Assembly: GCA_963778655.1 (NCBI GenBank)
Contig: CAVZVA010000002.1
Location: forward strand, 288,001-352,000
Length of the DNA: 64,000 nucleotides
Source: an uncultured delta proteobacterium
GTDB taxonomy: Bacteria > Myxococcota_A > Polyangia > Polyangiales > JAFGIB01
Direction of reading: 5' to 3'
Shown: piece by piece, positions 1-9,941 of the stretch
Numbering within the stretch: position 1 is the first letter of the stretch
How the letters are laid out: the number at the start of each line of letters is the position of its first letter
Program-made: the position numbers and the translations under genes
Notes under the pieces: model-generated
Told to the model about the DNA's origin: nothing
Databases searched by the model: none
The model's input: the letters and a program-made list of their open reading frames with translations, nothing else

Positions 1-44
1 TCTCGTAATGGCCGCGCGTGTCCCCGTCGCGGTAGCGACACGCG

Positions 45-1718
45 TTGCACTCTGCCCTTGTTTCCAGCTTATTCACGGCCCCACGCACGGTCCGCCGCTG
101 GCTCCAGCAAGACGGCGGCGCTATCGTGCCTCGGAAGGGGGGTCGGGCCAATCCCGACCGCCAGGTCAAGGCTCGTTCCGGTCGCAGTCCCCGTCCCGCA
201 AGGAGCTCCATCGTGGTTCAGGCGCCGCGCACGCCGCAGACGGGTGAGCTGATCGCCGGCAAGTACAGCGTCGAAGAGGAGCTGGGCAGCGGCGGGATGG
301 GCTCGGTCTACGCGGCGCGGCATTCGTCGACCGGGCGCCGCTTCGCGATCAAGCTGCTCAAGCCGCAGCTCGCCGGCGACGCGGAAGCGGAGGCGCGCTT
401 CCTGCGCGAGGCGCGGCTCGCCAGCGCGATCGATCATCCCGCCATCGTGGACGTGTACGACGTGGGCCGCCACGCGGGATCGCCCTATATGGTGATGAAG
501 CTGCTCGACGGCGAGAGCCTGGGCGAGCGCATCAAACGCGGCCCGCTCGCGCCCGACGAGGCGATCGCGATCATGCTGCCCGTGCTCGATGGGATCGCCG
601 CGGCGCACGAGCGCGACATCGTGCACCGCGATCTGAAGCCCGACAACATCCTACTGCAGCGCGAGGGCGCCGACGTGCAGCCGAAGGTGCTCGACTTCGG
701 CATCTCCAAGTTGCTCGGACCCGATGCGCGCACGCGCCTGACCAAGAGCGGGATCTCGCTGGGCACGCCGCTCTATATGTCGCCCGAGCAGGTGCGCGGC
801 GACGACGACGTGGACGCGCGGGCGGACGTGTACGCGCTGGGCGTGATCCTGTACGAGATGCTGACCGGCGTGCGCCCGTACGAGGGCAACAACTACGCAG
901 ACCTGGTGCTCAAGATCGTGATGGGCGGCGCGCCTGGCGCGCGCGAGCGCAACCCCGCGGTGCCGCGCGCGCTCGACACCGTGGTGATGCGCGCGATGGC
1001 GCTGGCGCGCGAGGACCGCTACCCGGGCGTGCGGCGCTTCGCGGCCGACCTGCAGCTGGTGCGCAGCGGCAATCCGGCGCGCATCGACGCACGGCTGTCG
1101 CGCTCGCGCGAGTCGAGCGCGAGCACGCCCTTCACCGCAGAGGCGGAGCGCGCTTCGGCCGCGGAGCAGCGGTTGCGGAGCCGCTCGCTCTACTATCTGG
1201 TGGGCGCGCTGGCCGCGCTCGCGGTTGGCGCGGCCGCGCTGTGGTGGCTGCGGCCCGTGACGCCGCAGGCGCAGGCCGGCACTGCGCCGGGCCAGCGGCC
1301 CGCTGCCGCCGGCGCGCCGCCCGCGCTCGCGCCCCCGAGCCGGCCGCTGGCGGTTGCCACGGCGCCGGCCCTGAGCGCGCCGGCCGCCGCACCTTCCGCG
1401 ACTCCGGCCCTGCGGTCTGCGACGCAGCAGCCGGCGGCACCCGCGCCCGCGCCCAGCCGCACCCCTCGGGCAGCCGCGGTGCCGAGCCGGCCCGAGCCCG
1501 CGGCCGAGCGCGTACCCGCAAGAGCGCACGCCCGGCAGCCGGCCGCCCAGCGCGCGTATGAGCAGCGGCGTGCGCAGCGTGCCCGCAAGCACGAGCCTGC
1601 GCCGACCGCCGCGGAGCCGCCCGCGCCGCCAGCTGTGGCGCCGTCCGCCCCGAGCGCGACGCCTGCCAGACCGCCGATCGAGGTGCCGACCGAGATCATC
1701 GACCCCTTCGAGAACTGA
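45..1718 (+). CDS. Membrane-anchored Ser/Thr protein kinase (Hanks type) with Pro/Ala-rich C-terminal tail
   Basis: Motifs GSGGMGSVY, AIK, HRDLKPDN, DFG, GTPLYMSPEQ and DVYALG, then a hydrophobic segment (YYLVGALAALAVGAAALWW) and a low-complexity tail. The true start is uncertain and may lie downstream of 45. Confidence 0.93.
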   Translation: MHSALVSSLFTAPRTVRRWLQQDGGAIVPRKGGRANPDRQVKARSGRSPRPARSSIVVQAPRTPQTGELIAGKYSVEEELGSGGMGSVYAARHSSTGRRFAIKLLKPQLAGDAEAEARFLREARLASAIDHPAIVDVYDVGRHAGSPYMVMKLLDGESLGERIKRGPLAPDEAIAIMLPVLDGIAAAHERDIVHRDLKPDNILLQREGADVQPKVLDFGISKLLGPDARTRLTKSGISLGTPLYMSPEQVRGDDDVDARADVYALGVILYEMLTGVRPYEGNNYADLVLKIVMGGAPGARERNPAVPRALDTVVMRAMALAREDRYPGVRRFAADLQLVRSGNPARIDARLSRSRESSASTPFTAEAERASAAEQRLRSRSLYYLVGALAALAVGAAALWWLRPVTPQAQAGTAPGQRPAAAGAPPALAPPSRPLAVATAPALSAPAAAPSATPALRSATQQPAAPAPAPSRTPRAAAVPSRPEPAAERVPARAHARQPAAQRAYEQRRAQRARKHEPAPTAAEPPAPPAVAPSAPSATPARPPIEVPTEIIDPFEN

Positions 1719-2434
1719 TGTCGCGTCGCAAGCCCAGCCCGACCCTGCGCCGCCCGTGGCCACGGCCTGTCTGGCCGGCGATCGAGCTCGCCTGCCTGCT
1801 CGCGCTGCTGCCGGCCTGCGGGGACGCGGTCGGCAATCCGATCACGCGCGCGCCGCTGACGATGAGCGACGCGGCCGTGGTGGTCGCCCCCCCGCACGAC
1901 GCCAGCCTAGGCGACGCCGGCCCGGACGATTCCGCAGACCCCCACGATGTCCCGAACAGCGGTCATTGCGCCCAGGTCGTCAAGTGGTCACGGCAGGCCG
2001 CGGACGATGAGGAGGCGCTGATGCGGGTTATCAACGGGTGGCGCGCTACCAACCCCGCCTGCGGCGGCGGCAGCAGCAGCGGTGGCCACCAGCCATGGAG
2101 CTCGCCACCCCCCCCGCTGGAGGTCTCGCCCGAGCTGCGCTGCTCGGCACGGCTGCATAGCCAGGACATGGCGGTGCGCGGCTACTTCACGGTGGACGAT
2201 CCCGGCGGTAAGGACCCGGGTCAGCGCATGACCGACGCAGGCTTCGCGCACGGACCCGACGACTTCAGCGAGCTCATCGGACAGTTCGCGAGGATCGACG
2301 CCTCGAACGTGCTGAACACCATTCTTCAGAAGGTTCCGCGGGCCTGCACGACACTCGCGGACCGCAGCTTGACCGCCCTCGGTGTAGGACGGTACGGGCA
2401 ATATCTGACCATCGACTTGGCGGGGCCGCCGTGA
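1718..2434 (+). CDS. CAP (SCP-like) domain lipoprotein
   Basis: Lipobox-like LLPAC. CAP-type motifs INGWRA and LRCSARLHSQDMAVRGYF...PGQRMTDAGF. ATG overlaps the kinase TGA. Confidence 0.8.
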   Translation: MSRRKPSPTLRRPWPRPVWPAIELACLLALLPACGDAVGNPITRAPLTMSDAAVVVAPPHDASLGDAGPDDSADPHDVPNSGHCAQVVKWSRQAADDEEALMRVINGWRATNPACGGGSSSGGHQPWSSPPPPLEVSPELRCSARLHSQDMAVRGYFTVDDPGGKDPGQRMTDAGFAHGPDDFSELIGQFARIDASNVLNTILQKVPRACTTLADRSLTALGVGRYGQYLTIDLAGPP

Positions 2435-2471
2435 CCGCTGAGCTGCGGCCACTCGCTGCGGGAACTACCTG

Positions 2472-3131
2472 ATGTCGACCATGCCCCCAGCGCAGCGACC
2501 CAAGCCAACGATCGGAGCTGCTCCGGGGCCGAGCCGCGTGCTCGAGCTGCCGGTCCCGAGCTCCGACGAGGGGCTGGTGGCGGCGCTGTGCGCGGGCCGG
2601 CGGGACGCGCGGCTGGCGCTGTTCGACCGCTACGCGCGCGACGTCGAGCGCGTGCTCTACCGCGTGCTCGGGCCGGACCCGGACATCGCCGACCTGCTGC
2701 AGGACGTGTTCGTGGTGGCGCTGGGATCGATCCACGGCTTGCGCGACCCGGCGGCGCTGCGCGGTTGGCTCACTGGCATCACCGTGCGCAAGGCGCGCAA
2801 GCACATCCTCAAACGCCGCCGCTGGCGCTTCATCCAGCTCTACGCGCCCGCGGAGCTGCCCGAGCGCGAGGCCTCGCTGCCCCCGCCCGAGGTGAGCGAA
2901 GCGCTGCGCTGCACCTACGCGGTGATGGAACAGCTCGCGCCCGACGAGCGCGTGGCGTTCGCGCTGCGTTACATCGACGGGATGGAGCTGCAGGCGATCG
3001 CCGATGCGTGCAAGGTCTCGCTCTCCACGGTGAAGCGTCGCGTCGCGCGCGCGCAGCGCAGCTTCACCGCGCGCGCCGCGCGCTATGCGGCGCTGGCCGA
3101 ATGGCTCGAGCGCGGAGGGCTGCGCAAGTGA
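2472..3131 (+). CDS. ECF-type sigma-70 factor
   Basis: Region 2 (LFDRYARDVERVLYR, DLLQDVF, LRGWLTGI) and region 4 HTH (ERVAFALRYIDGMELQAIADACKVSLSTVKRRVARA). Confidence 0.9.
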   Translation: MSTMPPAQRPKPTIGAAPGPSRVLELPVPSSDEGLVAALCAGRRDARLALFDRYARDVERVLYRVLGPDPDIADLLQDVFVVALGSIHGLRDPAALRGWLTGITVRKARKHILKRRRWRFIQLYAPAELPEREASLPPPEVSEALRCTYAVMEQLAPDERVAFALRYIDGMELQAIADACKVSLSTVKRRVARAQRSFTARAARYAALAEWLERGGLRK

Positions 3132-4423
3132 ACGAGCTCGAACAGCTCGGCCGGCGGATCGCGTACGAGCAGGACGCGCTGCGCGAGCGCGCGCGCGAGG
3201 ACACCGGCGTGCGCCATGTGCGCGAGCGCCTGCACGCGCTGCAACTGCCGGCGCGCAGCACCCGGCGCGTGCCGTACGCGGCGTGGATCGCGGGCGCGGG
3301 GTTGGCGGCTGCCGCTGGGCTTTGGCTGTGGCTGGGTGCGCCCGGCCCGCGCCCGCTCGGCGTGGTGGTGGTCGGCTCGGGCCGCACGCTGTCAGCCGGC
3401 GCCTGGATCGAGGCGCCGCACAGCGCCGCGCTCTCGCTGCGCTTCTCGGACGGCACGCGGGTGGCGATGGCGCCGCGCGCGCGCGCGCGCCTGGTCGAGA
3501 TCGACGCCAAGGGCGCGCACCTGCTGCTCGAAAGCGGCCGCGCGCGGGTCGCGGTGGTGCACCGCCCGCACGCGCGCTGGCGCGTGAGCGCGGGCCCGTT
3601 CGCGGTGCACGTGACCGGCACGCGCTTCGAGGTCGGCTGGGATCCCGAGAACGATTGCTTCGCGCTCGATCTGACCCGGGGGCGGGTCGAGGTCGCCGGC
3701 TGCCTGTTCGGGGCGCAGGGCTACCGCATGCACGCCGGCCAGCGCCTGGAGGCCTCGTGCAAGAACCGCCGCTTCGACGTGGCCGAGCCCGGGCTCGAGC
3801 CCGCTCCGAGCGCGCCCGCCATGCTGCAAGCGGCGGCGCCCGCACAGGCGGCGCCCGCACGGCTGCCCGCGGCACACGGCGGGCTACGCGCAGCAGCCAA
3901 TACGCCGCCGCGCGCTCGCGTCGCGGCCCGCGCCCGGCGCAACGTCCCTCGCGCGGCCGGCCCGAGCTGGCGCGCGCTGGCGCGACAAGGACGCTACGCC
4001 GAAGCGCTCGCAGTCACCGACTTCGAAGCCGACTGCCGGCACGCCGACGCGCGCCAGCTCACCACGCTGGCGGACACCGCGCGCTATGCGGGTGCCGCGG
4101 ACAAGGAAGAGCTGGCGCTGCGCCTGTTACGGCAGCGCTTCCCCGGCACGCCGCGCGCGGCGCTCGCCGCGTACTCGCTGGGGCGCCTGGAATTCGACGT
4201 CCACGGCGGGTTCTCGCGCGCGGCCGAGTGGTTTCGCACCTACTTGAGCGAGCGGCCCCAGGGCGCGCTCGCGCGTGAGGCGCGCGGCCGGCTGATGGAG
4301 GCCACGCTGCGCTCGGGCGACATGGACGGCGCCCGAGCGCTTGCGCGGCGCTATCTGCACGACTACGCCCAGGGCCCCCACGCGACGCTCGCGCGAGGTC
4401 TGCTGGAGACCGCGGCGCCATAG
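3128..4423 (+). CDS. FecR-domain anti-sigma factor with C-terminal TPR-like region
   Basis: GTG at 3128 overlaps the sigma TGA (GTGA). One TM segment, FecR motifs (LRFSDGTRV, VHVTGTRFEV, GRVEV), a Pro/Ala linker and TPR-like helices (AAEWFRTYLSERPQGALAREA). Confidence 0.85.
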   Translation: MNELEQLGRRIAYEQDALRERAREDTGVRHVRERLHALQLPARSTRRVPYAAWIAGAGLAAAAGLWLWLGAPGPRPLGVVVVGSGRTLSAGAWIEAPHSAALSLRFSDGTRVAMAPRARARLVEIDAKGAHLLLESGRARVAVVHRPHARWRVSAGPFAVHVTGTRFEVGWDPENDCFALDLTRGRVEVAGCLFGAQGYRMHAGQRLEASCKNRRFDVAEPGLEPAPSAPAMLQAAAPAQAAPARLPAAHGGLRAAANTPPRARVAARARRNVPRAAGPSWRALARQGRYAEALAVTDFEADCRHADARQLTTLADTARYAGAADKEELALRLLRQRFPGTPRAALAAYSLGRLEFDVHGGFSRAAEWFRTYLSERPQGALAREARGRLMEATLRSGDMDGARALARRYLHDYAQGPHATLARGLLETAAP

Positions 4424-4684
4424 CAGCCGATCTCGCACGGTCGAGCGTGCTCGTGCCAATCCCTTTGCGCTGGCCCTGGCCCATGCGCGACTATGACGAA
4501 CGAGTCGGGCAGGTCGAGTCCTCCGCCCGGGTGACCTTGATCGATGACGGTGTCCGAGGCGGTACCGAGCGGGGCGTCGGTTGGCGAAGCCAGGGCGGCC
4601 CGTGCTTCGAGGACGGCGGCGCCGCGGGCAGTCCCTGGTCGGCCGCCGGCACGATCGAGGTCACCCGGGCGGAGGACGAGGCGC

Positions 4685-5842
4685 ATGGCAATGGACAGGG
4701 GCTCGGCAGCGAGCACCGCGCGCACCGTCGCGGCAGGGATGGCGTGGGCGCTCGCATTGAGCGCACTGGCCGCGCCGGGCGTGACCCGCGCGCAGGCGCC
4801 GGCCGCCGAGGCGACCCGTGGCGGCACGCTGTTGCTGGTGCGCACGCCCGGCGACGACGCGATCGTGCGCCACATCCTGGGTGAGCTGGGCGCGGCCGAC
4901 TGGCACGTCGTCGAGCTCGAAGCCGATCCACGCCTGCAGCACGAGCCGTTGCCCGGCCTCGCCAGGAGCCACGCGGCCGACGCAGGCCTGCGCGTCGACG
5001 CGGTGCACGCGCAGGTCGAGCTGTGGGCTGCCGGCGCCGGCGGCAACGAGCCCGGCAAGCTCGAGACACTGGGCGCGCAGGATACGGACCGCAGCGTGCT
5101 CGCGGTTCAGGTGGCCGAGGTGCTGCGTGCGCTGAGCCTCTCGCTCGCGCGCGGCCGTGCGCCTGTCGGGCCACCGCAGCAAGAGCGGCTTGCGCCGCCG
5201 GAGCCACCGCGGCCCAAGCCGCCAGCGCCGGCCCAGCCGCCCTCAGCCGCGCCCGCACAGCCGCGGCCGCAGGCGGAGCCCGAGCCCGAAGAGCGCGAGC
5301 AGCCAACCGAGCCGCCGCGTCCGATTTCGTGGCCGCGGCTGTGGCTGGAGCTCGCGCCCGCGGCCTCATTCGCGCCGGGCGGCTTGGGGGCGGCGCTGCA
5401 GGGCCTGGCCAGCGCGCGCCTCCAGCCGGCGCGGGCCTGGTCGATCGCCCTGTTCGCGCTGGTGCCGCTGCTCAACGATTCGTTGCAGCAGGCGGAAGGC
5501 CGCGCGCGTGTCTCGAATCTGCTGGTGGGCGCGACGCTCGAGCTGCACCTCGCGGGCGCACGCAGCGAGCTGACGCTGAGCTCGGGTGCTGCCCTTTTGG
5601 TCTCGAGCATGAGCGGCCAAGCCACCGCCCCGCTTCGCGGCGTCCACGACACGGTGTTCGCGGCCGCCTTGCTCGTGGGTCCCGCCGCGCACGTGGAGCT
5701 CGGCGGGGGCTTCCGATTGTGCGCCCGGGCGCTCGCAGGCCTCACCCTGCCGCGCATCGCCGTGCACCTCGCGGGCCGACAAGCGGCCAGCTGGGGACGC
5801 CCCTTGCTGGTCGGAACGCTGGGACTCGAGCGGGCGTTCTAG
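4685..5842 (+). CDS. Exported hypothetical protein with Pro-rich linker and probable C-terminal outer-membrane beta-barrel
   Basis: GGAGG at 4671-4675 precedes ATG 4685. Signal-peptide-like segment ending RAQA, amphipathic beta-strand pattern at the C-terminus, terminal Phe (GTLGLERAF). Confidence 0.6.
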   Translation: MAMDRGSAASTARTVAAGMAWALALSALAAPGVTRAQAPAAEATRGGTLLLVRTPGDDAIVRHILGELGAADWHVVELEADPRLQHEPLPGLARSHAADAGLRVDAVHAQVELWAAGAGGNEPGKLETLGAQDTDRSVLAVQVAEVLRALSLSLARGRAPVGPPQQERLAPPEPPRPKPPAPAQPPSAAPAQPRPQAEPEPEEREQPTEPPRPISWPRLWLELAPAASFAPGGLGAALQGLASARLQPARAWSIALFALVPLLNDSLQQAEGRARVSNLLVGATLELHLAGARSELTLSSGAALLVSSMSGQATAPLRGVHDTVFAAALLVGPAAHVELGGGFRLCARALAGLTLPRIAVHLAGRQAASWGRPLLVGTLGLERAF

Positions 5843-6147
5843 ATCAGAGCTCGCGATTCAGGATCGAATCACAAGCTCTGATTTCTCCTTTGATCGTCAG
5901 GGAGTCGCGCCGACTCCCTGTGCGCGAGCCAAAGCCTCGCCCATTCACCCTCTCGCGATGGTGCGGCATCCGCCGCACCGCTACATGACCGATCGGCACG
6001 GCCGTTCCCGAATCGTGATCGGTCATTTAGCTGATGCGCGGGCCTCGTGGCAGGCGTGCAATCCGCCGCGCAGCGCCACAGATGGCGTGAGCCAAGCTTG
6101 CGCGCGCGGGGAACTGATCGTCCATACCCCCAGGTTGCGAGGACGGA

Positions 6148-6621
6148 ATGCACAGAAGAATGCTTTGGATCGGGCTTGCGACGCTGCTACTGGCCGCGGG
6201 CGCGTGCAGCTCGTCGAACGGCGGTGGCATCGATGAAAACGGGACCGGTGGGACTACGGATCTCAGCACGGGTGGGACGAGCTCGGGCCTCAACGGCACC
6301 GGCACGCCCGGCATCGGCAGCGGTGGCACGCTGGCGGGCGGCGGCGGCACGCTGGGCGGCGCAACCGGCGGCGCCCCGGCAATCGGCACCGGCGGTGTGG
6401 GCGCGGGCACCGGCGGCATGAACGCGTTTCAGCGGCCCGACGCCGGCCCGGTTGCAACCATGTGCCCGGCCGCGCAGCCGGCCGACATGAGCGCCTGCAA
6501 CGGACCGCGCGGGATGAATTGCACCTACGGCGACATGACCTGTCGCTGCCGCCGCCAGAGCTGGCGCTGCAGCATGAGCATCATGCCGCCCGACAACGAC
6601 GGCGGCGCCGCGGCGCATTAG
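6148..6621 (+). CDS. Small Gly-rich lipoprotein with 6-Cys C-terminal module
   Basis: Lipobox AGAC, G/T/S-rich linker, CPAAQPADMSACNGPRGMNCTYGDMTCRCRRQSWRC. Confidence 0.75.
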   Translation: MHRRMLWIGLATLLLAAGACSSSNGGGIDENGTGGTTDLSTGGTSSGLNGTGTPGIGSGGTLAGGGGTLGGATGGAPAIGTGGVGAGTGGMNAFQRPDAGPVATMCPAAQPADMSACNGPRGMNCTYGDMTCRCRRQSWRCSMSIMPPDNDGGAAAH

Positions 6622-6635
6622 ATACAAAGAGCTCC

Positions 6636-6699
6636 ACAGCAAGGCAGGAAGACGGGAAGTCCTGAGTGTTTTGTTCTTCTCGCCTTCCCGTCTGCCTGT
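6636..6699. repeat. Palindromic intergenic repeat (ACAG..AAGACGGGAAG / CTTCCCGTCT..CTGT family), copy 1
   Basis: caggaagacgggaag (6645-6659) pairs with cttcccgtctgcctg (6684-6698) with one mismatch. A related copy lies at 22434-22503. Confidence 0.5.
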
Positions 6700-6808
6700 T
6701 GAATCCTCCGAAGAGCAATTTCAGGACGGGAAGGCGCGATCGCGCCAAATTTGCCTTGGCGCTGCGCAGGCTCGACACTTGCGAACGGGGAAGTGTGAAA
6801 CGCACGCG

Positions 6809-8332
6809 ATGTCGCCGTGGGAAGCCAGACGCTGTGAACGCATCGCCTACCGCGCGCCCGTAGAGCTGCTCGCGTATCCCGAGGGCGGCGAGATCCCCTG
6901 CCGCGTGCTGGCGCGCACCCTGGATCTCGGCGCCGGCGGGATGCAGCTGTGCGCGCCTGTCCAGATGGCGATCGGCTCGGCCGTGACCTGCCGCGTCGAG
7001 CTCGACGGCCGGCCGGCCTCGTTGCCCGGACGGGTGGCCTGGCAGAGCCACCACGATGCCTCAACACGCCACGGCGAAGGGCACGGCATGGGCATCTGCT
7101 TCGATCGACTGGGAAGCTACGAGAGCGCGCTGCTGCAGCGGGTCGTGCAGCGCTCGAGTGGGGAGCAACACCCGGTCGCGTTATGGCTCGCGGGGCTGCA
7201 GGAGCCGGTGCGGGCGCGAGCCCGCGCTCACCCCGGCGGCCTGCAGCTTTCGGCGACCTTGCCGATCCTGGCGCGCGGCAGCGAGCTGATGTTCCGCCTC
7301 GACGAGGGCGGGCCGCTATTCCGCGGTCGCCTCGGCGACGCCCGGTTGTGCGAGGAAGAAGGCGAACGCCGCATCGAGGTCGAGGTGCAAGTCGGCGAGC
7401 TCGATGGCGCGCGCTTCCGCCGCTACGCGTGCCTCGGCGAGGCGGAGCCCGCGAGCCAGTCTCAGGTGGTCGGCGAAGCCGCGGCGGGCGCGGCCGCGAG
7501 CGAGCCCGAGCCCACCGAAGCGGCCGATCCCGTGCTGCCTATATCCGCGTGGCGACGCGTAGTCTGGCCGGCGCTGCTAGTGTCCGGCGCGCTCAGCGCC
7601 GCCCTGACCTGGTCCGCGGGTTCGGGCATGCCTCGCTCACCGGCGCCGGCCGAGCCCGTGTTCGTGGCGCACCCGAGCATGGCGCAGGCGGAGACGTCTC
7701 AGGCCCCGACCGTGGCAGCAGGCGTGCCGGCAGCCGAGGCCGCGCCACCTTCGCCGCAGGGCGCAAGTGCGCCGGCGCCTACCGGCAGCCAGGGCGTGAC
7801 CCCGGCGGCTGCCGGCGGAGCGTTGCGCAGCGCCGCGCCCCGGCCGGACGACGAGGCCGAGGCCAAGCCGCCGTCCAGGCCGGCCGCGGCCACGCCGGAG
7901 CAGGCCGCGTCGCCCGAGCCTGCCCATGCCGAGCGTGCCCCGGCGGCAACGGGCGGCGGACCCGTCGTCGCGCCGGTCGTGGAGCCGGCGGCCGGCCTCG
8001 CTGTGACCGCGGACCCAGCTGCGCCCGCGGCCAGCGCCGACGGCGACGTCACCCTGGTCACCCTTCCCTTCGAGGGAAACCTCACGCGAATGCGCGTGCG
8101 CATCTGGGCCGAGCCCCACGCGCTTGCGGTCGACCTGCCCGGCGGACAGACGCCGCTCGCGCTCGGCCGCTATCCGCTCGGCGCGGGCATCGCCAGCAAT
8201 CTGCAGCTCAACGCGCGCGAAGGAGAGCTGCTGCTTCGGATCAAGGTGCGCGCCCCGATCGCCAGTTACGCGGTGACGCTCGAAGACGGGACGCTCCGGG
8301 TCAATCTGGTGCGGGACAAGCCGCCGGAGTAA
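6809..8332 (+). CDS. PilZ-domain membrane protein with Pro/Ala linker and C-terminal AMIN-like domain
   Basis: RRCER followed by DLGAGG (PilZ RxxxR / DxSxxG-like), GRVAW..GMGICF, a TM segment and a linker. The C-terminus IWAEPHALAVDLPG resembles AMIN. Start placed at ATG 6809. Confidence 0.75.
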   Translation: MSPWEARRCERIAYRAPVELLAYPEGGEIPCRVLARTLDLGAGGMQLCAPVQMAIGSAVTCRVELDGRPASLPGRVAWQSHHDASTRHGEGHGMGICFDRLGSYESALLQRVVQRSSGEQHPVALWLAGLQEPVRARARAHPGGLQLSATLPILARGSELMFRLDEGGPLFRGRLGDARLCEEEGERRIEVEVQVGELDGARFRRYACLGEAEPASQSQVVGEAAAGAAASEPEPTEAADPVLPISAWRRVVWPALLVSGALSAALTWSAGSGMPRSPAPAEPVFVAHPSMAQAETSQAPTVAAGVPAAEAAPPSPQGASAPAPTGSQGVTPAAAGGALRSAAPRPDDEAEAKPPSRPAAATPEQAASPEPAHAERAPAATGGGPVVAPVVEPAAGLAVTADPAAPAASADGDVTLVTLPFEGNLTRMRVRIWAEPHALAVDLPGGQTPLALGRYPLGAGIASNLQLNAREGELLLRIKVRAPIASYAVTLEDGTLRVNLVRDKPPE

Positions 8333-8554
8333 GCGCCGCAACCGCTGCACATGTGTCCACCGCAGGAATCTTGTCGCCAGTTGGCGGGAACGCATTATCC
8401 AAAGCGCTCGCCGCCTGAAGCATCACGCGCCCCGGTACCCCTAGGAAGAGTCAGCCGATTCTGGTAGACGTGCGGCTCGCTTCGAATTTCGGTGTGGGGT
8501 AGCCAAGGGCTGAATAGAGCCAGGCGGCAACTAAGGACGGGGAGAAACCGATCG

Positions 8555-9916
8555 ATGACTAGGTGCAAGCAAACGTGGATAGCTCTCTTTGCGGCAAGCT
8601 TGTGCGCGGCTTACGGCAGCGCGTGCAAGAGCAGTGACAACGGCGGTGGCACGGGCGGTGCAGGGACCGGCGGCGCCGGCACCGGTACCGGCGGTGACAT
8701 GAGTGGAACCGGCGGGATGAACGTCGCCGGCATGGGCGGCGGCGGCACCGGCGGCAGCGGCTCGCTGTGCGTGAACATGGGCGATGACAACGCGGACTGC
8801 CCCACGGTCAAGCCGCAGAACGGCGACTGCGCGCCCAAGGGCGCGTGTTGTCACCGCGCGTCGAACATCGCCAAGGAGGCCATGCTCGGCCCCGATGATC
8901 CGGCGACGCTCTCGTACCGCGTCGAGTTCCAGGAGACGATCAACCAGCCGATGACGATCGGCCAGGATCTGATCAAGAGCCAGGTCACCCAGGTGGTCGA
9001 CACCGAGCAGCAGAGCTTGCTGTTCCAGTTCCAGGTCCCGCGCAAGGGCGGCCAGGAAGTCTCCGGCATGGGCAAGAGCACGATCCAGGTCGGCCGCTAC
9101 AACTGCGACGGCACCTACAGCTTCTACGACAGCACCGCTGCCCCAGCCAACGAAGTCAGCAGCGACACCTCGCGCTGGGCGCCCAAGACCGTCGACATGA
9201 TGGTGGACACGACCAAGACCGGCGCGGACCGCTACCACATTCCGTTCGCGGGCAACCCGAACCGCGATCTCACGTACACGACCTACCTGAACCTCGGCAC
9301 GTTCGCCTACGACTGGGAGCTGATCGACCAGGGCCTCAACATCACCGAGTTCGACACCAGCGACGCAGGACGCGACTGCGTGGGCTCGCGCAGCGGCACC
9401 AAGTGGGTGACCGGCGGCAAGTTCGAGGTCTACACGCCGCTCAAGGGCAACGACAAGCAGGTGATCGCCAGCATCATGCAGAAGTACTGCCAGCTGGTGT
9501 CTTTCGGCATCCTGCCGGTGGATTCGATGGGCAACAAGGTCGACACGCCCTGCAGCACAGAGCGCTGCATGCCCGGCACGGCGGACTGCGCGTGGAAGAA
9601 GCTGCCCGACGCGCTGTGCCCGGAGACCGACACGGAGAAGGGGCTGTTCGGCTGCCACCTGGGCGCGCAGGGCAACCCCAACGGCGAGGACGGCTACCCG
9701 ACCGACGCGGAGATCGCGTGCACGATGGACGCGCCGACGGTGGCCCAGGATCCCGACATGGGCGTGACCACCAAGGGTCAGTGCTGCGACCCGCTGGGCA
9801 CGTCGACCACCCTGCCCGCTTGCAACGCCTATCGCTTGATCCAGGCGTTCACGCTGGCGGCGGCGACCATCACCGACGACCAGAAGCACGATTTGCAGCC
9901 CAACTGCAACATGTAA
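8555..9916 (+). CDS. Cys-rich lipoprotein of unknown function
   Basis: GGAG before ATG 8555, lipobox GSAC, Gly-rich linker, strongly GC3-biased codons, own terminator downstream. Confidence 0.85.
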   Translation: MTRCKQTWIALFAASLCAAYGSACKSSDNGGGTGGAGTGGAGTGTGGDMSGTGGMNVAGMGGGGTGGSGSLCVNMGDDNADCPTVKPQNGDCAPKGACCHRASNIAKEAMLGPDDPATLSYRVEFQETINQPMTIGQDLIKSQVTQVVDTEQQSLLFQFQVPRKGGQEVSGMGKSTIQVGRYNCDGTYSFYDSTAAPANEVSSDTSRWAPKTVDMMVDTTKTGADRYHIPFAGNPNRDLTYTTYLNLGTFAYDWELIDQGLNITEFDTSDAGRDCVGSRSGTKWVTGGKFEVYTPLKGNDKQVIASIMQKYCQLVSFGILPVDSMGNKVDTPCSTERCMPGTADCAWKKLPDALCPETDTEKGLFGCHLGAQGNPNGEDGYPTDAEIACTMDAPTVAQDPDMGVTTKGQCCDPLGTSTTLPACNAYRLIQAFTLAAATITDDQKHDLQPNCNM

Positions 9917-9941
9917 GGCCCCGAGTGGGGTAGAGCCGTAC

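Noticed and set aside
2588..3127. N-terminal extension of the FecR ORF given in the ORF track
   Set aside because: It overlaps the sigma factor out of frame. GTG 3128 with a GTGA overlap is the more plausible start.
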